Source: Bacillota bacterium
Lineage (GTDB): Bacteria; Bacillota_I; Bacilli_A; RF39; UBA660
Direction: 5' to 3'
NCBI GenBank assembly: GCA_015059285.1
Contig: SVAS01000001.1
Span: forward strand, 327,291 to 391,290
Length of the DNA stretch: 64,000 nt
Below the pieces are notes generated by a model, which saw only the letters and a list, made by a program, of their open reading frames with translations, was not told the origin of the DNA and did no database searches. The translations under genes were made by a program, and so were the position numbers. Shown one piece after another: positions 8,688 through 17,896 of this stretch; positions within the stretch are counted from its first letter, which is position 1, and each line of letters begins with the position of its first letter.

Positions 8688-9287
8688 ATGAACGAAACAG
8701 AACAAACTACAACTAATACAGGAGATTTTACTTTAGAAGATATTTATTTTAAAGATGCATTTACCCAAACTGAGGATAAATTAAATTTAGAAGTTGATAA
8801 TGCAAATATTAGTTGTTTAACTTCAAAAAACAATAAATTTAGTCTAGATGAGGATGGAAATTTAATTGTTAATAGCATCACATGCAGTCAAAGTGGGGAA
8901 ACAAGTGAAAGTTTGGATTTTAATCAAATATATCCAATTGGGTCAATTTACTTATCGGTAAACGATAGCAACCCTTCAATTTTATTTGGTGGTATTTGGG
9001 AACAACTTAAAGATCGTTTTTTGTTGGGTGCGGGAGATAATTATGCTAATACTTCTACTGGTGGTGAAGCATCTCATATTTTAAGTGTGTCAGAAATGCC
9101 GGCTCATAATCATAGAATTGGTTATGACCAAATATGGGGATATGGTGGTACTGCAAGTATTGCTTTAACTTCTGGTGGACCTTATTATGTGAGTTCAACA
9201 AATTATATTGGAAACACTGGCGGAAATCAAGCACATAACAATATGCCGCCTTATTTAACCGTATACATGTGGAAAAGAGTTAGTTAA
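8688..9287 (+). CDS. Phage tail-collar domain protein (tail-fiber-like, receptor-binding-type module)
   Basis: YPIGSIYLSVNDSNP..FGGIWEQLKDRFLLGAG....GGEASHILSVSEMPAHNH....GGNQAHNNMPPY matches the Collar domain consensus (G.W..L..RFLLG...GGE..H.L...EMP.H.H). Confidence 0.75.
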   Translation: MNETEQTTTNTGDFTLEDIYFKDAFTQTEDKLNLEVDNANISCLTSKNNKFSLDEDGNLIVNSITCSQSGETSESLDFNQIYPIGSIYLSVNDSNPSILFGGIWEQLKDRFLLGAGDNYANTSTGGEASHILSVSEMPAHNHRIGYDQIWGYGGTASIALTSGGPYYVSSTNYIGNTGGNQAHNNMPPYLTVYMWKRVS

Positions 9288-9336
9288 TTAATATATTACA
9301 ATTCTTCTAAAATGTATAATTTAAAGGAGAAATTTT

Positions 9337-12300
9337 ATGAAAGAAATAGAATTAAAAGAGTTAAGAAAAAAAAGAGAGAAACATTTTCTACAGGAAAATG
9401 GTAATATCGTAGCAAAAATATATGATGATGATGTACATTTTTTTAAAGATGGAAAATATGAAGAAATTGACAACACAATAATAATCAAAGATAATTACTA
9501 TACCAATAAGAGTAATGATTATAATGTATATTTTGGTAATGATAGTTATTTGATGAGAATGGAAAAAGATGATTGTTTTCTTAAATTTAAATTAGAAAAT
9601 GGTAATCATGATATAGTAAAAAAAGAAAACGGAAATGTTTGCTATGAAAATATATTAGATAACGTAGATATAAAATATTTTATTAAGTCTAATAAAGTTA
9701 AAGAAGATATTATTATTAAAAACAAAGAGGCAAACATTAAAAAAGTAAGTTTTATTATTGAAACCAACTTATCTTTATATGTGGTTAATAATAAAATTAA
9801 TGCGTTTAAAAATGATGATATTATTTTTGTTTTAGATGCTCCTTTCATGTATGATGCTAATGGTAACATAAATAAAAATATTTATTATGAATTAAAAAAA
9901 ACAGACAATCTTTATAAATTAGATTTGACATTAGATGAAAAATGGTTAACCCAAGCTGCTTATCCAGTTATAATTGACCCTACTATTACTGAGTATAGTG
10001 AAAATGATAGTGTAGTTGACACTTATATTTATCCTGGGGATACTGGTGTTGATAGAAATAGTCAGGACATTTTAAAAGCTGGTGTTGAAAGAATAAATGG
10101 CGTAGATAGAATTAATAGGACTCTATTAAGGTTTAACTTGCCGGAAATTGGAACCGGTAGCCAAATTATTAAAGCAGAATTGAGATTAATTGGTTACCCA
10201 CATATAGGAGAAACTTCTGAAAGTGATATCGTAAACATTCATAGTCTTACAACAGAATGGGAAGAAGATGAAGCTAATTGGGAAAATATGAATGATAAAT
10301 TTAATCCTAGATTAGAAGGTTCTTTCTATAGTGCCAGAAGTGTTAGAATGACATTAGAAGATGTTACTCCAAGAGAATGTACAGAAGATATAACAAATTT
10401 AGTAAAGAAGTGGTATTCAAGTAAAGAAAATTATGGAATAATGCTAAAAATGAATACAGAAGTGTATAGAAGTGACGTTATTCCAGCATTTTTTTCAAAA
10501 AACAATTCAGTATCTAATTATAATCCTAAACCACTTTTAGCAATTACATATAGAAACCAGAATGGTTTGGAAGATTATATGAATTATAAGAAACAAGCAT
10601 TTAGTAATGGAATGTCATATGTTAATACTTACAATGGAAATTTAACTACAATTTTTGATGTTGGTGCAACTATTGGTGGGATTAATCCGGTTAATTTAAG
10701 TTTAGTCTATAATACTAACGATGTTGTGTTGGAAAATAATTTAGGTGATGGTTTAGGATATAGATTTAATTTTAATCAAACGATAAAGCTCTTACCAATA
10801 GAAGAAGTTGAATATTTAGAATATATTGATGGTGATGGAACAATTCATTATTTTTACGAAACTGATGGAATCTACAAAGACGAAGATAACTTAAATATGA
10901 TTATAACTAAAGTTAATAATGAATACATTTTAGCGGATAAGAATGATAATAGAATGAAATTTGCAATTATCAATGAAGTTGGCTATTTAACTGAATTAGA
11001 AAATTTGAACCATGATAAAATTCAAATATTATATAATTCTAATAATCAAATAATAAAGATAATAGATCCAAATCTAGAAGAAATAAATATTTCAAGAGAA
11101 ACAAATAAAACAATCATTAGTAGTCCTGGAAAAACAGCTAATTTGATTTATAACGGAAATAAGCTCATATCTATACAAACTATTTTAGGTAATACAACAA
11201 TTACATATAATGATAAAAATATTATAGAAAGTATAACAGATGAGAATAATCAAAAATTGGCATATCAATATTATGAACAACAACCTTATCGTATGAAGAC
11301 AGTGACCGAATATGGCTTAAACAACGAAATGGGTAATTATTTTACTTTAGAATATAATTTTAATTCAACAACTATAGTTGATAATAAAGATAGAGCAAAT
11401 ACAATGACTTTTAATAATTTTGGAAATGCTGTTTCTATTACAACCTTAAAATCTAAAGAAGATGTAAAAGAAGCGTATGGGAAAAGGCTAATTTATGGTA
11501 GTAGTTATATAACTTCAGAAGGAGAGTATGCGCCTTATAAAAACAAACTACTTAACGAAGAAGTTTTTAATAAATGTATCAAAAATCACTTTCCTAACTC
11601 TAACTTTGAGGAAGATGACTTTGTATTTACCCCATGCGCGAACAATATTTTATACATTGTTGATGACGAATACTTAGAAGGTCCAAAATCTTTAGCGTTT
11701 ATAACTAAAGATTATAATCAATATATAACAAAAACAATATCTGTCCCTAAAGGAAAATATTACACATTTAGTTTTAATTTAATCAACCACATGTCTTTTA
11801 CAATATCACTTTCATATAAGGATGCCAATGATTATACTGTTAGCGAACGAACTTATGTTGACTATATAAATTTAGAATTTGAAAAACAGGAAGTAAGCAT
11901 TTTCTATCCTGAAGATGCAAAATCAGATTTAACAATAATGATTTCCGCTTATGAAATGGGGACATCCTATATAAATTCTATTCAATTAGAAGAAGGTGAT
12001 GTTGCTAATAGTTATAATTACATTTCTAATTCAGATTTTTCAAATGGTCTTAGTGACTGGGAATTAAGAGCACAAATTAATGATCAAGGGGACTATGTTA
12101 ATGCTGATGATAAATTTGAAGTAGTTACATTAGACAATGGATTAAATGCACTTAAAGTCAAGATGAATCCACTATATTCTACTGGTTTTTCAAAAACGTT
12201 TAAAGTTAGAGGTAAACCTGGTGATATTTTTACAATTGCTTTTTGGTATAAACATCAAGGATATAAAGGTTCGGATTACGCACAAGCGCCGAGACATAAT

Positions 12301-15300
12301 AACGTTATTATTAGATTTAACTATATTGACCAAAGTTATGGACATTGTATATCACCAAGTAGTTCATTTAATCCGAATGAAAATGAATGGCAATATTTTT
12401 CTGCCGATTTCGTAGCAGAAAAAGAATTTGATTCACTATATTTATCATTTTCACAAGGTTTTAATGGCAATGATTTTTATATAACTAATTTAAGTTTAGT
12501 TAAAGATAGTGGTAGTGTTAGTTTTAATTATGATGAAAAAGGAAATATAATTGGAAAGAGCGGTTTAAATAACGAATTAAGCGAATTTAATTATGATAAG
12601 AATAATCAATTAATAAAAATGACTGATTCCATGGGAAACAATCACACGTTTGAATATGATAAAGATGTTAGTGATAGAGTTATAAATGGCATATCTGCAA
12701 CTGGCATATCTAATAAAATAAAATATAATAGCGATGGAAATCCAATTGTTACAAAAATAGTTAATCATGGTAAAAATGAAGAAATATTATCCGGATTTTA
12801 TAAAGTTAAAGCAAAAGGTGCTAATAAATATATAAAAAACAATTATAACGTTTTAATATTAAAAGAAACTAATTGTAATCATCATTTATGGTTGCTTGAA
12901 AAAGTTGATGAAAACTATAGGATAAAACATTCTTTATTAAATAAATATATAAATATTTTGAATAATACGTTAATATTATCAGAAGAATATGCATTATTCA
13001 GTTTAATAAAAAATCAATGTAATAGTTTTTTGATCAAAGAAATAGAAAGTGGTAACTACATTAAAAACAATAATGATGTATTGGAAATTACTTCTTTGAT
13101 TGAAGATGATGATAGTTTTGAATTTTATTTTGAAAATGGAAACGAACTATTTATAGAAAACAACGCTGAATATACATCGGATAAAAGATTTATTAAAGAG
13201 ACTACGGATACTTTATTACATAAAACAGAATATGAAGTTGATGAGGGGACTGGATTAATTAAATCCGTAATAAATCCTAAAGGACAATTAACAACTTATG
13301 AATACAACGATAAACAACAATTATCAAAAATAATCACTAATGCAAAAACTATTGATTATGTTTATAATAGTAACAATTTGTTGGATAAGATAGTAGAAGG
13401 TAACAAAAGCTACCAATTTCAATATGATAATTTCTTAAATGTTAATCAAATTAAAATTGGCGATAATATTACCTTAATAACCAATAATTATGCACCAAAT
13501 AATGGAAATTTAATTAATTCAGTATATGGAAATAATGATATTGTTAGTTATGAATATGATGATTTTGATAGAGTCAGCAAAATATTTAGAATGAATGATA
13601 CCTATAATTATAAATATGATAATAATGGTAATGTTGCAAAAGTTTTTGGCAATGTAGACAAATGGAAATATTTCTATGATTCTGCCAAAAGACTGAATGA
13701 ATATAGATTAAATAATTTTAAAATAAAATATTTTTATGATAAAAATGATAACCTATATAGAAAAACTTATTGGCTTGATGACACAAATATCAACATTTGG
13801 AATAATGTACCTAGCTCAAGAATAGCTATTTATGGTATAGAGCAAATCAACGAATTTAATGATGATGACTGTATTACAAAAACGACAATAGGAAATGTTT
13901 CTCTTGATTATGATTATGATTATTTAGGTAGATTAACAAGCAGAAGTATAAATAATAATTATAAAACAGATTATCAATATGTAACTAATGGCAAAAGAAC
14001 ATCACTATTAGTAAAAAGTATTAAAAACAATAATGATTTATATAATTACAGATATGATAAATTAAATAATATCACTCACGTATATTACAACAATAGTCTT
14101 ATAAATAGGTATTATTATGATGAGTATAATGAACTTATTAAAGAAAACAATTATGTAACTAATGAAACAACAGAATATACTTATGATAACTATGGAAACA
14201 TATTAAATAAAAAAGTATATGCATTAAATACTAATAACTTATTAAGTCAAGACACTTATGAATATAATAATTCTAATTGGGTTGACCAATTAACTAGATT
14301 TAATAATGAAACTATCGTGTATGATGAAATAGGAAACCCACTTGCTATTGGTTCAAAAACATTATCATGGATAAACGGAAGACAATTGAGTGGTTATAAT
14401 GACTCAACAATTAATGCTAACTACAGATACGATAAAGATGGATATAGGATAAGTAAAATTGTAAATAATCAAGAAACAAAATATTACCTTGAAAATAATA
14501 AAATAATACTTGAAATTAAAGGTGATGATATTATATACTATATGTATAATGAAGTTGATGACATAATAGGATTTAAATATAATAATGATGTATATTATTA
14601 TATAAAAAATGTTAAAAATGATATAATTGGTATATTAGATAGCAGTCATACTCAAGTCGTAAAATATAATTATGATTCTTGGGGCAATATTATATCAATA
14701 ACAGATAATAATAATAATGACATAAGTAATACTTTAAATCATATAGGCAATATTAATCCATTTAGATATAGAAGTTATTATTATGATTCGGAAACAAATT
14801 TTTATTATTTAAACTCAAGATATTACAATCCTGTTTGGGGTAGATTTTTGAATGCTGATGGCATTGTTAATGATGGAGAAATTATAGGCTGCAATTTGTT
14901 CGCTTATTGTAATAATAATCCTATAAATTTAGTTGACCCTACTGGAGAGCTTGCACTTGCAGGCACTATAGGCGGAGTTTTGGGTGTGGTTGCAATTGTT
15001 GGTTCTATTTATTATGCAAGCAAAAGTCTGATAAAAAGTGCCACAAGTATTCCGAATGTAATATATGATACTAAAACAAAAATAGAAAATGCTATTGGTT
15101 CCATAGAGATTAACAAAACAGAAACTAAAACACAAACGCCTGCAATATCCGTTCCTAAAATAGAAAGTATTGACTTGGGCACACCTAAGTATAAACCTTG
15201 TACTGAGGCATGGCTATCTAATGGCGACGTGGCAAGAGGAAATAGATTAACAATTGATGAATCATATATCCATGTAAGCAATGGTCATGATGTAATGTGT

Positions 15301-15456
15301 GACAATCAGTTTTCTGCACATCAAGTAGCACAAAGATTTGTTGGTTATATTGGTCCGGAAATAGACAAAAAACAATTGCCTGGCAATAAGTATTATTGTC
15401 ACTATCATCCGGATAGAACGTCGCATAGACATATTTGGTTCTATTCAATGCAATAA
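9337..15456 (+). CDS. RHS/YD-repeat polymorphic toxin, 2039 aa. No signal peptide. N-terminal DNRLRE-like domain, about 30 YD repeats, RHS core ending at a DPTGE autoprocessing motif, then a C-terminal TM helix and a toxin tip of unknown family.
   Basis: Repeated YxYDxxGN/R motifs (e.g. YDEIGNPLAIGSKTLSWINGRQLSGY...YRYDKDGYRISKI). RHS core signature YYNPVWGRFLNADGIV...NPINLVDPTGE. C-terminal 170 aa comprise LALAGTIGGVLGVVAIVGSIYY... through ...YYCHYHPDRTSHRHIWF. Confidence 0.9.
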   Translation: MKEIELKELRKKREKHFLQENGNIVAKIYDDDVHFFKDGKYEEIDNTIIIKDNYYTNKSNDYNVYFGNDSYLMRMEKDDCFLKFKLENGNHDIVKKENGNVCYENILDNVDIKYFIKSNKVKEDIIIKNKEANIKKVSFIIETNLSLYVVNNKINAFKNDDIIFVLDAPFMYDANGNINKNIYYELKKTDNLYKLDLTLDEKWLTQAAYPVIIDPTITEYSENDSVVDTYIYPGDTGVDRNSQDILKAGVERINGVDRINRTLLRFNLPEIGTGSQIIKAELRLIGYPHIGETSESDIVNIHSLTTEWEEDEANWENMNDKFNPRLEGSFYSARSVRMTLEDVTPRECTEDITNLVKKWYSSKENYGIMLKMNTEVYRSDVIPAFFSKNNSVSNYNPKPLLAITYRNQNGLEDYMNYKKQAFSNGMSYVNTYNGNLTTIFDVGATIGGINPVNLSLVYNTNDVVLENNLGDGLGYRFNFNQTIKLLPIEEVEYLEYIDGDGTIHYFYETDGIYKDEDNLNMIITKVNNEYILADKNDNRMKFAIINEVGYLTELENLNHDKIQILYNSNNQIIKIIDPNLEEINISRETNKTIISSPGKTANLIYNGNKLISIQTILGNTTITYNDKNIIESITDENNQKLAYQYYEQQPYRMKTVTEYGLNNEMGNYFTLEYNFNSTTIVDNKDRANTMTFNNFGNAVSITTLKSKEDVKEAYGKRLIYGSSYITSEGEYAPYKNKLLNEEVFNKCIKNHFPNSNFEEDDFVFTPCANNILYIVDDEYLEGPKSLAFITKDYNQYITKTISVPKGKYYTFSFNLINHMSFTISLSYKDANDYTVSERTYVDYINLEFEKQEVSIFYPEDAKSDLTIMISAYEMGTSYINSIQLEEGDVANSYNYISNSDFSNGLSDWELRAQINDQGDYVNADDKFEVVTLDNGLNALKVKMNPLYSTGFSKTFKVRGKPGDIFTIAFWYKHQGYKGSDYAQAPRHNNVIIRFNYIDQSYGHCISPSSSFNPNENEWQYFSADFVAEKEFDSLYLSFSQGFNGNDFYITNLSLVKDSGSVSFNYDEKGNIIGKSGLNNELSEFNYDKNNQLIKMTDSMGNNHTFEYDKDVSDRVINGISATGISNKIKYNSDGNPIVTKIVNHGKNEEILSGFYKVKAKGANKYIKNNYNVLILKETNCNHHLWLLEKVDENYRIKHSLLNKYINILNNTLILSEEYALFSLIKNQCNSFLIKEIESGNYIKNNNDVLEITSLIEDDDSFEFYFENGNELFIENNAEYTSDKRFIKETTDTLLHKTEYEVDEGTGLIKSVINPKGQLTTYEYNDKQQLSKIITNAKTIDYVYNSNNLLDKIVEGNKSYQFQYDNFLNVNQIKIGDNITLITNNYAPNNGNLINSVYGNNDIVSYEYDDFDRVSKIFRMNDTYNYKYDNNGNVAKVFGNVDKWKYFYDSAKRLNEYRLNNFKIKYFYDKNDNLYRKTYWLDDTNINIWNNVPSSRIAIYGIEQINEFNDDDCITKTTIGNVSLDYDYDYLGRLTSRSINNNYKTDYQYVTNGKRTSLLVKSIKNNNDLYNYRYDKLNNITHVYYNNSLINRYYYDEYNELIKENNYVTNETTEYTYDNYGNILNKKVYALNTNNLLSQDTYEYNNSNWVDQLTRFNNETIVYDEIGNPLAIGSKTLSWINGRQLSGYNDSTINANYRYDKDGYRISKIVNNQETKYYLENNKIILEIKGDDIIYYMYNEVDDIIGFKYNNDVYYYIKNVKNDIIGILDSSHTQVVKYNYDSWGNIISITDNNNNDISNTLNHIGNINPFRYRSYYYDSETNFYYLNSRYYNPVWGRFLNADGIVNDGEIIGCNLFAYCNNNPINLVDPTGELALAGTIGGVLGVVAIVGSIYYASKSLIKSATSIPNVIYDTKTKIENAIGSIEINKTETKTQTPAISVPKIESIDLGTPKYKPCTEAWLSNGDVARGNRLTIDESYIHVSNGHDVMCDNQFSAHQVAQRFVGYIGPEIDKKQLPGNKYYCHYHPDRTSHRHIWFYSMQ

Positions 15457-15482
15457 TTAAAATAGAAATTGGGGGAATTTAT

Positions 15483-16238
15483 ATGTATATAAACAAGGTA
15501 ACTACTGAGGTTTATAAAAAGATACTTGATTATAAGTTAGAAAAGTGCAATTATGCATCTTTGACTGTATATACAGATCAACATTTAGATGAACATCTAG
15601 ATATTATTAATATTATTACATCCAATCCTAAATACTCTAAACAATATATTTTATCTAATTATTCAGAAATACTGTTAGGACAAATTTATAATGATTTTAA
15701 GAATGATAAAAGAATATATAATGTTAAGGAACATGTAAGAAAAATAAAAAAAAGTTCTTTTAGAAAATGTGAATCTAATGATGAATTGGAAAACTTTCTA
15801 TATCAGCATGAATCTGAAAATAGAAAATCATCTATATTTAGCGCCATACAAAGCTTTGTTTATAATAATTTTACAACCCAATTTATTGAAGAATATAGGA
15901 GTAAAATTGTAAAAATAAAGGATGAATTATATGAGCATGAACTCACACCATTCCATAAAAAAGAAGCGTTTTATAAAAAAGAATATATATTTCAGCTTGA
16001 TGATGAATTAAAACAAATTATACATAACACTTATTTATATGACTGGAGTTTTCCAATGAAATTAGAAGATTTAAGCTTGTTTGTTGAAAATTATTTGTGG
16101 ATATATTCAGTTACACATGAAGAACTATGCTATATTTATTGTGAAACAGAGGAAGAATATAATTATTTAAAATCAATGGGTGTTGAGTTCTATGAAGAAC
16201 ACTTTATTCCACAAGAAAAGCAAGAAATCGTTTTTTAA
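15483..16238 (+). CDS. Putative cognate immunity protein for the RHS C-terminal toxin (cytoplasmic, 251 aa)
   Basis: Sits immediately downstream; the long ORF's ATG at 15435 overlaps the RHS stop. The likely true start, ATG at 15483, follows RBS GGGGGA. No TM or signal peptide. The toxin-then-immunity order is typical. Confidence 0.6.
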   Translation: MYINKVTTEVYKKILDYKLEKCNYASLTVYTDQHLDEHLDIINIITSNPKYSKQYILSNYSEILLGQIYNDFKNDKRIYNVKEHVRKIKKSSFRKCESNDELENFLYQHESENRKSSIFSAIQSFVYNNFTTQFIEEYRSKIVKIKDELYEHELTPFHKKEAFYKKEYIFQLDDELKQIIHNTYLYDWSFPMKLEDLSLFVENYLWIYSVTHEELCYIYCETEEEYNYLKSMGVEFYEEHFIPQEKQEIVF

Positions 16239-16253
16239 TAAAATAAAACAAAA

Positions 16254-16283
16254 AACAATCAAATTAAATTTGATTGTTTTTTG
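16254..16283 (+). terminator. Rho-independent terminator (AACAATCAAAT-TAA-ATTTGATTGTT plus T-run) separating the toxin-immunity unit from the lysis cassette
   Basis: 11-bp perfect inverted repeat followed by TTTTT. Confidence 0.6.
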
Positions 16284-16466
16284 TATATAGGATATGATAT
16301 TTGAAATCAAATATAACACACAATATATTCTATAGTTTATGATGGATTTGATGGTATGATAATGATTAAATAAAAATTTATGCAGTAATATAATAGTAAA
16401 CATTTTAAAAGGACACAATCTTAAACTTGATTAAGTCTTTTTATTTTTATTATGGAGGTGATATAT

Positions 16467-16772
16467 ATGATAGAAATAATATGTAGATATTGGCTAGAAA
16501 TATTATTAACTACTATCACAAGCGGTTTTATATATGTTATCAAAGAACATATAGGATTAAAAAATGGAGTGAAAGCTTTACTTAGAAATGAGATAGTTAG
16601 AATATATGAAACGTATTCTAAATTAGGATATTGTCCAAGTTATATGAAAGAAAATGCAAATGAAATTTATATTAATTATCATAGATTAGAAAAAAATGGT
16701 ATGATAACATCTATGCTAGAAGAAATAAATAAATTACCTGTTGAGATAAAAGTGGAGGTTATAAATGCATAA
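16467..16772 (+). CDS. Small N-terminally membrane-anchored protein, holin-associated (phage lysis-module accessory protein)
   Basis: Start trimmed to MIEIICRYW.. (ATG at 16467 after GGAGGTG). One N-terminal TM segment. Its stop overlaps the holin start. Confidence 0.45.
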   Translation: MIEIICRYWLEILLTTITSGFIYVIKEHIGLKNGVKALLRNEIVRIYETYSKLGYCPSYMKENANEIYINYHRLEKNGMITSMLEEINKLPVEIKVEVINA

Positions 16773-16995
16773 AATTTTAAACGACAAGTATGTAAGTAAA
16801 ATTATAAAAACATTTATTGAAGGTTTTCTTGCATCTTTAATTGTAAGTTTTCAGACCATAGAAAATTTATCTGATTTGAATTTAATTAAAACAGTATTAG
16901 TTGGTGCAATTGCTATGGGGATTTCAGCTGTACTAAACTTATTTCAAATGTATTTAAATAAAGAGAAAGTTGAATATGGAAAAAGCAATACTTAA
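16765..16995 (+). CDS. Phage holin, phi-LC3/LL-H-like family
   Basis: 76 aa. SKIIKTFIEGFLASLIVSF fits the ..KTF.Q.F.A.L motif of this holin family. Two hydrophobic segments and a charged C-terminus (NKEKVEYGKSNT). Confidence 0.65.
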   Translation: MHKILNDKYVSKIIKTFIEGFLASLIVSFQTIENLSDLNLIKTVLVGAIAMGISAVLNLFQMYLNKEKVEYGKSNT

Positions 16996-17782
16996 TTTAG
17001 ATATATTAAATATAAGTCAAGGAATGAATGATAGCTTTTCCCATCCAGGTAATTTAGCAATAGATGTAACAGGTTGTTCTTATTTAAAAGCCCCATTTAC
17101 AGGTGTTATAAAAAAGATTTATTCAGAGTGCAATGCTGTTTGGCTAGAAAGTGTAGAAAAGGTAGAGTATGCAGATGGAACTATAGATTATATGACAATT
17201 ATGACAATGCATGATAATGATATATCAGATCTTTATGTTGGTAAATTAATAAAACAAGGAGATATATTTTATCAACAAGGAATGAAAGGTTACGCAACAG
17301 GACCACATATTCAGATTTCAGTAGGAAAAGGTAAATTTAGTGGTTCGGGTTGGTATGAAAATAAACAAGGTTCTTGGTGCATTAATAATCAATATGATAT
17401 AACTAGGGCACTATTTTTACACACCGATGTTAGAATAATTTATAGTATGTATAATTGGAAAATAACTGTTTATTCAAAACTTGTTAATAAAAATAAGTCT
17501 ATTGATGAAATGGCTAATGAAGTTATTCAAGGTAAATGGGGAAATAATCCTGAAAGAAAACAAAGATTAATTCAAGCTGGATATGATTATACAGCTATAC
17601 AAAATAGAGTTAATGAGTTATTAAGTACTTCATCTGAAATAATACATACAGTAGAAAAAGGCGAATATTTAATCAAAATAGCTGCAAAGTATAACAAGAA
17701 TTGGCGTAAAATTGCAAGCGATAATAATATAAAATCTCCGTGGATAATATATCCAGGGCAAAAGTTAATAATATATAAATAG
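16976..17782 (+). CDS. Endolysin: N-terminal M23 metallopeptidase domain, CW_7 (Cpl-7) cell-wall-binding repeat, C-terminal LysM
   Basis: M23 HxxxD/H.H-type motifs (SFSHPGNLAIDVTG; GPHIQISV). CW_7 repeat DEMANEVIQGKWGNNPERKQRLIQAGYDYTAIQ. LysM HTVEKGEYLIKIAAKYNKNWRKIASDNN...YPGQKLII. The ORF-track start is a TTG at 16970; the ATG at 16976 with RBS AAGAGAAAG is preferred. Confidence 0.8.
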   Translation: MEKAILNLDILNISQGMNDSFSHPGNLAIDVTGCSYLKAPFTGVIKKIYSECNAVWLESVEKVEYADGTIDYMTIMTMHDNDISDLYVGKLIKQGDIFYQQGMKGYATGPHIQISVGKGKFSGSGWYENKQGSWCINNQYDITRALFLHTDVRIIYSMYNWKITVYSKLVNKNKSIDEMANEVIQGKWGNNPERKQRLIQAGYDYTAIQNRVNELLSTSSEIIHTVEKGEYLIKIAAKYNKNWRKIASDNNIKSPWIIYPGQKLIIYK

Positions 17783-17789
17783 TTGAGTG

Positions 17790-17819
17790 AGATAACCATT
17801 TTGGTTATCTTGCTTTTTT
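17790..17819 (+). terminator. Rho-independent terminator after the endolysin gene (AGATAACCA-TTTT-GGTTATCT plus T-run)
   Basis: Inverted repeat followed by TGCTTTTTTATTT. Confidence 0.6.
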
Positions 17820-17896
17820 ATTTGGTAAATTTCACGTTTTTTTCTTGACTAAATAGTTTTTTTAATATAAACTTATTTAGGATGCTAGGTGATGAT

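Noticed and set aside
9642-15448. Short ORFs inside the RHS gene (9642-9869 -, 12221-12415 +, 14929-15135 -, 15012-15281 -, 15218-15448 -)
   Set aside because: They are embedded in the 6.1-kb RHS reading frame, whose YD-repeat periodicity is continuous. These are out-of-frame artefacts.
15435-15482. Long N-terminal extension of the immunity ORF starting at 15435
   Set aside because: The ATG at 15483 is preceded by GGGGGA at ideal spacing. The extension overlaps the RHS stop region. It may still indicate translational coupling.
16173-16418. Minus-strand ORF overlapping the immunity-gene 3' end and terminator
   Set aside because: It is antisense, spans a terminator hairpin and has no RBS.
16970-16975. 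TTG start for the endolysin as given by the ORF track
   Set aside because: An in-frame ATG two codons downstream (16976) has the better-placed RBS (AAGAGAAAG). The TTG start would also deepen the overlap with the holin gene.
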